Source: an uncultured virus (IMG/VR IMGVR_UViG_3300027833_000032)
Lineage: Duplodnaviria > Heunggongvirae > Uroviricota > Caudoviricetes
Virus record (IMG/VR): IMGVR_UViG_3300027833_000032
DNA length: 20,000 bases
Direction: 5' to 3' (one strand)
In this document: piece by piece, positions 1-11,300 of the stretch
How the letters are laid out: each line of letters opens with the position of its first letter
Position numbering within the stretch: the first letter of the stretch is position 1
Translations under genes and position numbers: made by a program
The notes under the pieces: generated by a model
What the model was told of the DNA's origin: nothing
Database searches by the model: none
Seen by the model: the letters and a program-made list of their open reading frames with translations, nothing else

Positions 1-1134
1 TTGACTGCGCTTAAAACAGTTGACGGAGAGTACTCAGGATTAGATGCCGATTTACTTGACGGCGCGAATAGTTCTTTCTATACTGATTTCACAAACGCGA
101 CTAATAAGCCTGACCCAACAATTACTCTTGCTGGTGATTTATTAGGTAATGTTACTTTAACAAACCTAACAAGTGGTACATTGACTGCTGATATTGCAGC
201 GTCAGGTGTTACACCAAACACATACGGTGGTGCAACTTCTATACCAGTTATTGTTGTTGCAGCTGATGGCCGTATTACGAGTGTTTCAGAAGCTTCTGTT
301 GCAGGTATCGCAAATACTGCTTGGTATCAAGCAAATAATACTTATCAAATTGTAACTGGTGACGGCTCTCAATTTGATACTATTATATCAGACTTTGATG
401 ACAACGTTAACTTTGGTGCAGGAATTGATGTTACTGGTGCTATTACAGTTACCGGCCTTGTTGATGGCAGAGACTTAGCAGCTGATGGTACTAAATTAGA
501 TACCATAGAAAATAATGCAACAGCAGACCAAACAGCAAGTGAAATATTAACTGCTATTAAGACTGTTGATGGAGCTGGTTCAGGTTTAGATGCTGATTTA
601 TTAGACGGCGCAAATAGTGCTTTCTATAGTGATTTTTCAAACGCTACAAACAAACCAGATCCAACACTTACACTAACTGGTGATGTTACTGGCGCTGCAA
701 CCTTTACTGATTTAGCAGATGCTTCATTAACTGCCTCGTTATCAACAACAGGTGTTGTGGCTGCTACTTATGGTTCTGCTTCACAAATACCAAACTTTAC
801 AGTTGGGGCAGATGGTAGAATAACCTCTGCGGGAAATACTGCTGTTAGTGGTATTGAAAGTCTTACATGGCATTCAGCAAATACAACTCTGAACTTAGAA
901 GGTGGTGACGGAACAAACTTCCTTGCAAATATTCACAACTTTGGCGAACTCGATATTAATGGAAACATTACAATATCAGGTACAGTTGATGGTCGTGATG
1001 TTTCAGTTGACGGCGCTAAACTTGATCTTATAGAAGCTAGTGCAACTGCAGATCAAACAGCCAGTGAAATACTTGCCGCATTAATTACAGTTGATGGAAC
1101 AACCTCTGGTTTAGATGCTGACTTATTAGATGGT
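1..1134 (+). repeat. Tandem ~175-182-aa intragenic module (2 full copies plus the start of a third)
   Basis: LTA(L/I)KTVDG..SGLDADLLDG starts at 1 and 547, and LAALITVDG..SGLDADLLDG at 1072. Copies 1 and 2 share NATNKPDPT, TYG.A..IP, ADGRITS, VDGRD...DG.KLD.IE and ATADQTASEIL. Confidence 0.9.
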
Positions 1135-2289
1135 CAACACGCACAAGATATTATTAGTGCAGCAACTGCTGCTGCCTCTGGCACAGTCGGCAATGCAACG
1201 ATTACAATTACTGCTGGAAACGCATTAGGCGGGGGTGGTACATTTACTGCCAACCAATTTGCCAATACAACAATTACAGTAGACCACGCTGATACTTCAA
1301 CACAAGCAAGTGTATTAGGTAGTGGTGGTCAAGTAATACAAGATGTAGTTCTCGATACTTATGGACACGTTACAGGTTTAGATCAAGTTGATTTTGATGA
1401 TCGTTATTATACAGAAACAGAATTAGATGCAGGTCAACTTGATAACAGATACTTTACTGAAACTGAATTAAACGCTGGTCAGTTAGATAACCAGTATTAT
1501 ACTGAAACAGAATTAGACGCTGGTCAACTTGATAATCGTTATTATACAGAGACTGAATTAGACGCAGGTCAGTTAGACAATAGATACTACACTGAAACAG
1601 AATTAGACGCTGGCCAGTTAGACAATAGATACTACACTGAAACTGAATCCAATACTATATTTGTACCAAAAACAACATCAGTAACTGGAACAAACGGATT
1701 ATCAGGCGGTGGTGCACTAAGTAGCAATATTACTTTATCACATGCTGATACTTCAAGTGTTGCGAATACTGGTGTTTTAGATCTACCAAACGCTGAAGTT
1801 ATTGAGAGTATGAACTTCGATGAGTTTGGTCATGTTGTAGGATTTACGAAAGCTAATCTTGCAGTATTAACAATAAACATTGCAGACGCAAGATATGTTA
1901 ATGTAACCGGCGATGTAATGACCGGTGATTTAACTGTTCCAAATCTAACAGCTAATAATATACTACTTGATGAGATTGATTTATCTTCTGGTGAAAGTAG
2001 TACATCATTCGCATTTGCTCAAACAATTTTTGAATTTGACCACGCTACATATAATAGCGCAGAGTTAATTATTACAGCAACTCAAGGTACTAACCGACAC
2101 ATAACAAAATTATTAGTAGTACATGATGGTTCGGCTGCTTACGCAACTGAATTCGGATCTATATACACTAATACAAGCTTAGCAGATTATGAAGTTACAT
2201 TTGCAGCAAGTGCTGTAACTTTAGATGCTACAGCTACAAGCGCTAACTCAACTACTTACAAAATTGCTGCGACGCTTATAAAAGATTAA
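1..2289 (+). CDS. Phage tail fibre / virion structural protein, 5'-truncated by the window edge
   Basis: Open frame from base 1, so the TTG is not a real start. It carries repeated DGxxSGLDADLLDG fibre motifs, ~180-aa tandem modules and 15-aa YYTETELDAGQLDNR repeats. The C-terminal ~90 aa (YNSAELIITATQG...LLVVHDGSAAYATEFGSIYT) resemble a domain I recognise from T4-like marine phage structural proteins. TAA at 2287-2289. Confidence 0.85.
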   Translation: MTALKTVDGEYSGLDADLLDGANSSFYTDFTNATNKPDPTITLAGDLLGNVTLTNLTSGTLTADIAASGVTPNTYGGATSIPVIVVAADGRITSVSEASVAGIANTAWYQANNTYQIVTGDGSQFDTIISDFDDNVNFGAGIDVTGAITVTGLVDGRDLAADGTKLDTIENNATADQTASEILTAIKTVDGAGSGLDADLLDGANSAFYSDFSNATNKPDPTLTLTGDVTGAATFTDLADASLTASLSTTGVVAATYGSASQIPNFTVGADGRITSAGNTAVSGIESLTWHSANTTLNLEGGDGTNFLANIHNFGELDINGNITISGTVDGRDVSVDGAKLDLIEASATADQTASEILAALITVDGTTSGLDADLLDGQHAQDIISAATAAASGTVGNATITITAGNALGGGGTFTANQFANTTITVDHADTSTQASVLGSGGQVIQDVVLDTYGHVTGLDQVDFDDRYYTETELDAGQLDNRYFTETELNAGQLDNQYYTETELDAGQLDNRYYTETELDAGQLDNRYYTETELDAGQLDNRYYTETESNTIFVPKTTSVTGTNGLSGGGALSSNITLSHADTSSVANTGVLDLPNAEVIESMNFDEFGHVVGFTKANLAVLTINIADARYVNVTGDVMTGDLTVPNLTANNILLDEIDLSSGESSTSFAFAQTIFEFDHATYNSAELIITATQGTNRHITKLLVVHDGSAAYATEFGSIYTNTSLADYEVTFAASAVTLDATATSANSTTYKIAATLIKD
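1396..1647 (+). repeat. 45-nt (15-aa) coding tandem repeat DNRYYTETELDAGQL, 5 full copies plus a partial sixth
   Basis: Units start at 1396, 1441, 1486, 1531, 1576 and 1621; differences between units are mostly synonymous. Confidence 0.95.
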
Positions 2290-2296
2290 ATAAATA
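2289..2296 (+). promoter_or_regulatory. Putative T4-type late promoter (AATAAATA)
   Basis: 7/8 match to TATAAATA at the start of the intergenic gap upstream of the giant fibre gene. The AT-rich context lowers specificity. Confidence 0.55.
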
Positions 2297-2355
2297 AAGG
2301 TATAACGCAAAAACATAATCGATGTTAATATGCCAATCTGGGGAGAGTGAACCGA

Positions 2356-5300
2356 ATGGCCAATGATAAGAAATTTATAGTTAAGAACGGCCTCTTAACG
2401 CCCGAAAACGCTGTTATTGGTAGTACTACTGATACTGGCGAAAAGCTTCAAGTAACCGGTGACACAGTCCTTTCACAAGCGACTGCTGGAACCCCTACGC
2501 TTAAAATAACCAACTCTGGTGGTAACAACGCAGTTATCGGCCAGTTCCAAGGCGATACCGCTTCACTCCAAGTTAAAAACATTACTACTGGTGATTATCA
2601 GTTAGTTAATACCGGCCAAAATAACGGTATTATATTCTATAACGACACCGGCGGGGTCTCAATACAATATAACGGTGGCGATCGCTTAGTTATATCCAAC
2701 ACCGGTAATGAGTTCACAGGCTTATCTAATACAACAATTGATGGTAATAGAATACTTACAGTTGCTGATGAAGGCTCTGGCAATAATCTTGACGCTGATA
2801 CAGTAGATGGTTTAGAAGCAGCACAATTTGTTAGAGCTGATATTTCAGATATCATGGCTGGTAGCTATACCATTCAGAATAATCTAGTAATTTCTGGTGA
2901 TCTCACAGTTTCAGGTAATACAACTACTGTTAATACTGAAGAAATTCTTCTTGCAGATAATATTATTACACTTAATAGTAATTTTGTTGGAAGTAGTCCT
3001 ACAGAAAACGGTGGTATTGAAATTGAAAGAGGCACAGCAGATAACGCCAAACTAATATGGAATGAAGCATCAGACTATTGGCAGTTAGAAGTTAACAACG
3101 CTGTACTCGGCCGCATTATTACAACTGCAGATGAAGGGTCAGGAAATCTTTTTGATGCTGATACTGTAGATGGGCTAGAAGGATCCCAGTTTATACGTAG
3201 TGACGTTGATGATGTGGCTCAGGGTAATATAACCATAGAGGGCGACCTTACCATAGGGGATAATACAGGTCCTGCACAGGTCTTCCTGGATGGTACTGGA
3301 GTCAATAGAACTCTATATTCTAATAACGGCGAAATTGGATTTTTAAACAGTTCTGCTAACTGGGCAATGAAGTCAGATGCAGACGGCGACCTCGAAGTTG
3401 AAAGAGATGTTGAGGCAGGAAGAGACGTAACTGCTGATCGTAATATAGTTGCAGCTGACGATATTACAGCAACCTCTGGTAATATATCAGCAACAGCTGG
3501 CTCAGTAGCAGCAGGAACTACAGTAACTGGTGGTACAGGTGTTACAGCAACAACGGGTAATGTATCAGCAACTGTTGGCGACGTAACTGCTGGTAACGAT
3601 GTAACTGCTGGCCAAGACATAACTGCAACTGCAGGCGATATAACAGCAACCGCGGGTGATATTGCTGCAACTGCAGGTTCAGTAAGTGCAGGTACAAGTG
3701 TATCAGCAGGAACAACCGTAACAGGTGGGACTGGAGTAACGGCAACAACAGGAAACGTTACTGCAACAGTAGGAGATGTTATTGCTGGTAACGATGTAAC
3801 TGCAGGGCAAGACATAACAGCGACCGCTGGTGATATATCGGCAACTGCTGGTTCAGTTTCAGCAGGAACTACCGTAACTGCAGGGTCTACAGTAACTGCA
3901 GGAACAGATGTAATTGGTAAACGATTTGTTGACGCAGACAATAATGCTTATTATGCGGATCCTGCTGGCCTTTCCCTCATGAACACTGTTGGAATTGATA
4001 ACGCAATTACTCATAATGGCGATACTGGTACGGCTGTTGCATTTGAAGATGACACAATTAGGCTTCTCACTGATACCACAACAAGACTTACAGCAAATAA
4101 TAGTGGTGTAACTGTATTTGGTGATCTTGATGTAAATGGAAATATTACAGCAGTAGACGGTACGTTCAGTGGTGATCTATCAGCCTCAAGATTCCTTGAC
4201 TCAGACGATAATACTTATCTCTTAGATCCTAATCTTACTTCTGTATTAAACCGTGTTGGTATTGATGATTACATTCAACACAACGGTGATACAAACACAT
4301 TTTTCGGTTTTGATTCTGCTGATAATATTATCTTTACCACAAACGCAGTTGAACGATTAGAAATCAACGCAACGTATTTAACATCAACTGTTGACGGTAT
4401 TTTCCCTCAATTATACGCTCAAAAATACTTCGATTCAAATAACGCAACCTACTATGGTGACTTCGCTAGTACTTCAAGAATTAACGATATCAGTCTAGTT
4501 GGTGAGATTATTGCTGATGGCGATACTAATACTTACTTACAATTCCATGCAGCTGACCAATTTAGAATAGTTACAGGCGGTGTTGAAAGATTAGAAGTTA
4601 GTACATTTACAACAGCCACAGGTTCAGTCCGTTCTCCACTTTTCTACGATACTGATAATACAGCATACTACGGTAACTTTGCTGGTACTTCTGTAATGAA
4701 TGATATCAACATTGATGATTACATTCGTCATAATGGTGATACAAATAACTACCTAGGTTTTGATGCTGCTGACAGTCAAACGTTTGTTACTGGTGGTGTT
4801 GAACGCGCAAATATTACTAATACTAATACAACATTCTATTCTGATGTATTAGCTGACAGATTTGTAGATAGAAATTCAACTGGATATTATTTAAATCCTG
4901 CAGACGCTACATTATCGGCAACATTAAATGGTAGTGTTCGTATTGCTAATATTGCTAACTCAGCTCGTTGGAGTGATAATACAGGCACGGGTGGTATTGT
5001 TTTAGCTGGCGATGCAGATATAGCAACAAATCAAAGTACAACAATGGCGATCAGTGGTCAATATAGGTCTGGTGCTTATTCACTAATGTACCTTAACAGA
5101 ATTGATGCTGGTGTAAATCCATTTAACGCTGGTAACAGATATATTGAATTTAGAGCTGATGGTGGAGGTGCTACTCCTGCAGCGTTTAGAGGTGATTCAT
5201 CTGGTAATTTATATCTTACACCTCAAAACAGTCAACACATCGGATTCTGGACAAGTGGTGGTAATGAAGTAGCAGTTGCTCTTGACGATGGAAACTTCGT

Positions 5301-8300
5301 TGTTGGCGGTTCTTCAGTATCTTACACCTCAATGGATAATACTCCATTGGTTGGTAGTATAACAAACAATAAATTACATGTCAATGGTTCTATTCAATTA
5401 ACATCAAACGACGACGCAATTGTATTTGGTCGTGGTACTTCATCATTCCTTAAAGACGAAGAATTAGGATTTGGTTGGGGTGGCGGTCTGCATATGACAG
5501 ATGCTACTTACTTACGAATCAGAAATAATAAAACCGTTTATTCAACTGGTGATGCTTGGTTTAATAGATTCTATTCATATGATAACACTGCATACTATGT
5601 TGATCCAAATGGTGATTCACAATTAAATACTGTAGACATTGATGATTATGTAAGACATCGTGGTGACACAAATACTTTAATTGGATTCCCAGGTAACGAT
5701 GCTGTTAAAATCGACACTAATGGTACTGAAAGATTTAGAGTAAGTAATTCAACAGTAAGAGCAAGAAACAAACTTGAAGTTTGGGGCTCAGGTATAGAAT
5801 TACAAAAACAAAGTAATGGTGGTGGTGTCGGTATTACAATGACCGACCAAGGTTCTTCTGAAACACCAGGATTAAGTGGATTACAAACAGTTTCTATTAA
5901 AGCTTGGCATTCTGATAACTCATATACGTCAGGCGCTAATATGGCAATGGCGTTTGAATCTTCAGAGGCTACTACACACTATGTATTTGGTACAAACAGT
6001 GGAGCAGCTGGTGGTAATGTTATTCCAAGAGTTACTAATACTGGTTCCTTAGGTTTAACAAATTATAAATGGGCTAACATATACGCAACTGCAGCAAACA
6101 TTGACAATGTTTACGCGTCAAGATATTATGATGCCGATGATAACAGTTTCTACGGAGATTTCAACTCACGAAGTGAAATGAACTCCATTAATTTACGACA
6201 CAACACAGCAACAATTTCAGGTAATGGTAACTTTAATGTAGCAAAAAGCATTCTTGGAACAATCCATATACGTAACGGTGCCGCAGCTAGTGGTGCACCT
6301 CGCCAAGCAGCAATTACTTTCCAAGGCTCTTCTATAAGTGAGTCACAAGCTGGTATCTATGTTTCTGCTAATAATGGTGACGGCACTCACATGGCCTTTG
6401 CTACTACTAATAGTTATTCAATTGGCCCACAGCTTGGATTCAGATTAAGAAACGACGGATTATTCCAAACGTATAGAGCATACGCATTATTTGCTAATTC
6501 AGCAAGATCACCATTATTTTACGCAAGTGATAATACAGCATATTACTTAGACCCAAATGGCGACTCACAATTAAATACAATTGATATTGATGATTATATT
6601 CGTCATCGTGGTGACACAAATACTTACATTGGTTTTGCTGCTAATGATACATTTAGAGTATGGACCGGTGGAACACAACGTGTAAATATTGATAACGACT
6701 CTGCAGACTTCCAAGGAAATGTTTACGCTCCTCGTTACTATGATTCTAATTCAACAAGTCGTTGGATTGAACCAGGCGGCGGTAGTTTATTGCAAGGTAA
6801 CTTTGAGTTTGCTTCGTCAAGTACATCAAGAGGTTATTCAACTGCAGCGATCGAGATAAGAGAATCTAACTATACAGCAACTGGTGCAGCGACTCCACCA
6901 GTTTTAGGATTCCACTGGGGTAATGTTGTTGCTTCAACAATCTCAATGGCATCCGATGGTACTATTGAAATAAGAAATAATCCTGGTACCGGTTACGAGA
7001 AGTTCAGAGCATTACAAGTTTCTGCTAATATCTACTACGATAGTAACAATACTGCTCGTTATATGGATCCAGCAAGTAGGTCAATGATTGCTGCAATGAC
7101 CATTAATGATGGTAATGATCTTCAGTTTGAAACTTCTGGTAATAACATCCGTGGTTATATTCAAGCAACAGACACAAATGATGCTCACTTTAAAATTGCC
7201 ACATCTGGTGGTGAAGATATTGCATTCCTTGACGGCGGACTATCTGGCACAACAAACTTCTTAATTAGAGGTGACGGCGATACACTTACTACAAGAAATA
7301 CATACGCTCAAATATTCTATGACAGACAAAACACTGCATATTACACAGACCCAGGTGGCACTTCAGTCTTAAATGCATTAGATACTGATGTTGGACTTGT
7401 TGGTGGTACAAATTATAATTTACATCCATATTTCTTAGGTCAAGTATTATTCTCAGGCGGTAACGCAGGAGCTAATGGTAGTACATTCGACGTAGCAAGA
7501 CATAAAAATGCAACATTATATGGTAGAAACGGAAGTACTTGGACAAACCTTGGAAATTGTGACGGAATATTAGATGGATTAGCTGCGCACCAATGGGGTG
7601 GACTTACACTAAGTCGAACTTATCAAGAATTCGTCATTTACTTCTCTAATACTTTAGGATATTCCTTCTGTAATGGTGTATCGATCACGCACAGTACAAA
7701 CGGTAACAGTTTCGCTGTCTATGTTGAATCTAAAGAGACTGTAACTAATCCATGGGAAACCGGATTTACACTTCACCAATCTAGAACCGGGCAAAGTAGT
7801 TGGCCTGGTGGTACTGTTATAACAGGTAACTTTGCTGTTGGTGGCGGTTATAACGATAACTTTAGAATTAGAATTGTACCAACTTGGTCACATGCATCTA
7901 ACAGTATTTCTTTTGGTTCTTTACAAATATTTGCAGCTTACGGTAGTCACACAAGATCATACTACACAGACTTTAGTAGAAACTTAATCGCAGATGTTTC
8001 AATGCGAGCTCCTATCTTCTATGATAGTAATAACACGGGATATTACACAGACCCAGCAAGCACATCAAGATTCAATGCAGTTCAAGCCTTAAGATACTAC
8101 ATGAACCACGGAACAACATATTACATGGACGAATCGTCTGGTAATTATGGTTCTGTCATGGTTGGCGGCCGACGATCTGGGTGGGCTGGTTACTCTATTG
8201 AAGGTAACTATGTGCTCATGGCAAATACCAGTGAAATGGGTATCTATAACGACATTGATAACGAATGGATGTTATATGGCCAAAGAAATGGTTATATAGA

Positions 8301-11300
8301 TTTACGTTATAATGGTAGCAGAGAAGCACAAACAGCAAGTGGTTACTTCCTTGCAAATAACCAAATGCGCGCGCCAATCTTCTATGACTCAAGTAACACT
8401 GCCTATTATTTAGACCCAGCTTCAGGCAATACAAGTAACGCACTTAAAGTTGCTGGAAGAATTAGAAGAGATAATTTCCAAACTTCAGGTAATGGCGATA
8501 ATAACAGATTCTTAGAAGCTCAAGATTATTCACATTGGATTTGGAACACAGCTAATAACTGGGGTATATTCTGGGCCGGTAATAACGGTGCTGCATATCA
8601 ACACTTCGGTTCAAGTAATCCTAATGAGCTTGTATTTGTTGGCGCGGGTAATGTAAGAGCAAGTATCGACCTTGATAATGGCAACGCTCACTTTAATGGT
8701 GTTGTTTCAGCCGGTAGTTTTGCACTTAATGGCGGTAATGAAAACATTGAACTTATTAAGTCATACGGTTCAGGTGGAGCTGATTTAGTACTGTTTGATG
8801 GTACTGAATACTTTGACAAGCGTGTTATTAAAGCAATGGCACCTAATGAAAGTGCACTTACTGGTACTACAAGTGAATTTGTAAGAACAACAGACGGTCC
8901 GTTTGCTGGCTCTATGGTTCTTCAATCATCTGGTTACAGAACATTCTATTCAGATTATATACCAGTTGTTCCAGGTGAAGATTTATATGGTGAAATTTCC
9001 GTTAAGAGAATATCAGGTTCAGGTGGTTTACTTTATTATGGTATTGAGAGATTTGATAGTCAGAAAAGGGCGATCGCTGGTAATACAGGTACTACATACT
9101 TTGTAGTTGGTGGCGCAAACTATACTGGTACTACTTGGAATACATACCGAGGCCATACAACAATCCCGACATCTCACACAGCATATAGTGGTTCAGATGG
9201 TGGCGGTTGTTACTATGTAAGAATTCGTATCTTAATGAACTATAACTCTGGTGGAGCTTTACGTCAATGGGCTGGTATTATGCTCAAGCGTCGTAACGCT
9301 GAATCAAATTTATTAGTTGATGATTTACTAGCAGATGATATTACTGCAGATGAAATAACAGCAAATATCTTTAGAGATAGAGCAGCTCCAACTTCTTTCT
9401 ATGTAGACCCTGCATCTATCTCGTATATGAATGATGTAAGAGCTAGTATCCTTTATGATAGAGATAGTACTGGTTATTATGTAAATCCAGCAAGTACATC
9501 AAACATGAATGTGGTTCAGATTAATGGAACCGTGAGATTCATGAATTATGGATTAGGTGTAACAGGTACTTACTCATCTACAAGATTACAAACAATCTTT
9601 AATATGGATGATCAGTATTCTATTAATGCTGCAGGTACCGCAACACAGAATGCTTATGGTGTATATTGGTCGCATCCAAACGCAGGCAGTCTTGGTGGTG
9701 CAAATAATCTAAACGATCACGGTATGTTGATTATTAACAACGGATCATTTAGAGCTGCTATATCAAGTAGAGCGGTATTCTCAAACGATGTTCGTGGTAC
9801 ATTGTTCTACGATTATAATAACACAGGATATTATGTCGACCCAGCAAGTACTTCAAGACTGAATTACTTACGACTTTCAAGTGGTGACTCATATCTAAAA
9901 ATTGGTGCAAACTCTGCAACAACTACAACACGTGATACTAATAGACCACAGCTTGAAATTGGTGAGAATCATGCGTATCCACACTTAACATTATGGTCAT
10001 ACGGAAGTAATACAACTCACGGTGGTGTAATCAGTTTCAGATCACGTCAAGGTGGTGGATTTAGAAGATGGAATATTGGTACTGCTAACTATAATCCTGA
10101 CAACTTGTCTATTGGTTATTACGACAATAACAATAACCCACACTACGGTGTTGGTACTGGATGGTCATATCCTGCAAAATGGTGGATAACAGCAGCTGGT
10201 GATAACCACGCAACTGGTTCAATGCGAGCTCCAATATTCTACGATAGTAATAATACAGGTTATTACGGAGACTTTGCAAGTGAGTCTAGATTTAATACAT
10301 TTACTACTGCGGGTCGAGTTGTAATCGGTGGTACATTTAGTAATAATGCATATAGCTCAACTAACTCGACAAGATTACACTTCGGCGGTGGTAACTCTGA
10401 TGCGAATAGCAACTACTATATTGGTACAAACAAAGAGAATTATAACGGTAATTATAATAAACTTGATTTAAGATGGCATACTGGTATTCGTATAGGTGCT
10501 CAGTCAGTCTACGGTGGTACTCGTATATACAACAACGAAGACTTAAGTACTGTATTATTCTCAGTAGGTAAAGGCGACACACACGTCAGAGTTGAGAATA
10601 GTAATAACTTATATGTTGAAGGTGGTGATGTAAGAGCTTCACTATTCTATGATTATAATAATACTGCTTATTACTTAGATCCTGCAAACAACGGCCGTAT
10701 GTTAACTTTGGGCATTGGTTATAGATCAGCAGGTAAGAGATTAGATGTTACTGGTGATCACGGTAATACAGCAATAAGATTAGAATTACCTTCTTATAAT
10801 AACGGTGCAGGCACAGGCAGCATTCCATTACAGATGTGGGTATCAGAACCAGGACGAACTTGGGATGGTGCTGGTTTTGGTTATAATGTTGATAACAATC
10901 TTAATGGTGGTACAAATCAGTATTACTTAGGTCGACCAAATACTACTCGTGGTCAGGCTTATATAAGATTTGAAAGTAACGGTTATATGATATTCTATAA
11001 CACGACTACTGCTGGTATCCGTTATCAAACAATGGAGACAAGATCAAATAATACTGTTTATGTTCCTAATTACTTACAAGCTGGTGCATCATTAAGAGCA
11101 CCAATCTTCTATGATTCAAATAATACAGGCTACTATACAGATCCAGCAAGTACATCTGTAACAAACGAAATGCGAGCAAATAACTTTGTTCACCGTGGCG
11201 CTGTTTCAGATAGTTCTCAGTTTGGTTTATACACTGACTCAGGCAAGAGTACAGCATACGCTATCTATAAAGAAGGTGGATCTTGGTCTTACCCGTATCC

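Noticed and set aside
1396..1647. Possible CRISPR array
   Set aside because: The units are contiguous 45-nt coding repeats with no unique spacers and vary at synonymous positions.
2347..2355. GTG start at 2347 given in the ORF track
   Set aside because: It lies only 1 nt after the SD-like GGGGAG, whereas ATG 2356 has workable spacing.
3219..3941. 240-aa minus-strand ORF
   Set aside because: It is the antisense shadow of the Thr/Ala/Gly/Val repeat tract, whose codons rarely create stops on the opposite strand; the product is low-complexity and has no independent support.
5581..6632. Diversity-generating retroelement template/variable repeat pair
   Set aside because: Mismatches are mostly synonymous and not adenine-specific, both copies are inside the ORF, and no reverse transcriptase is in the window.
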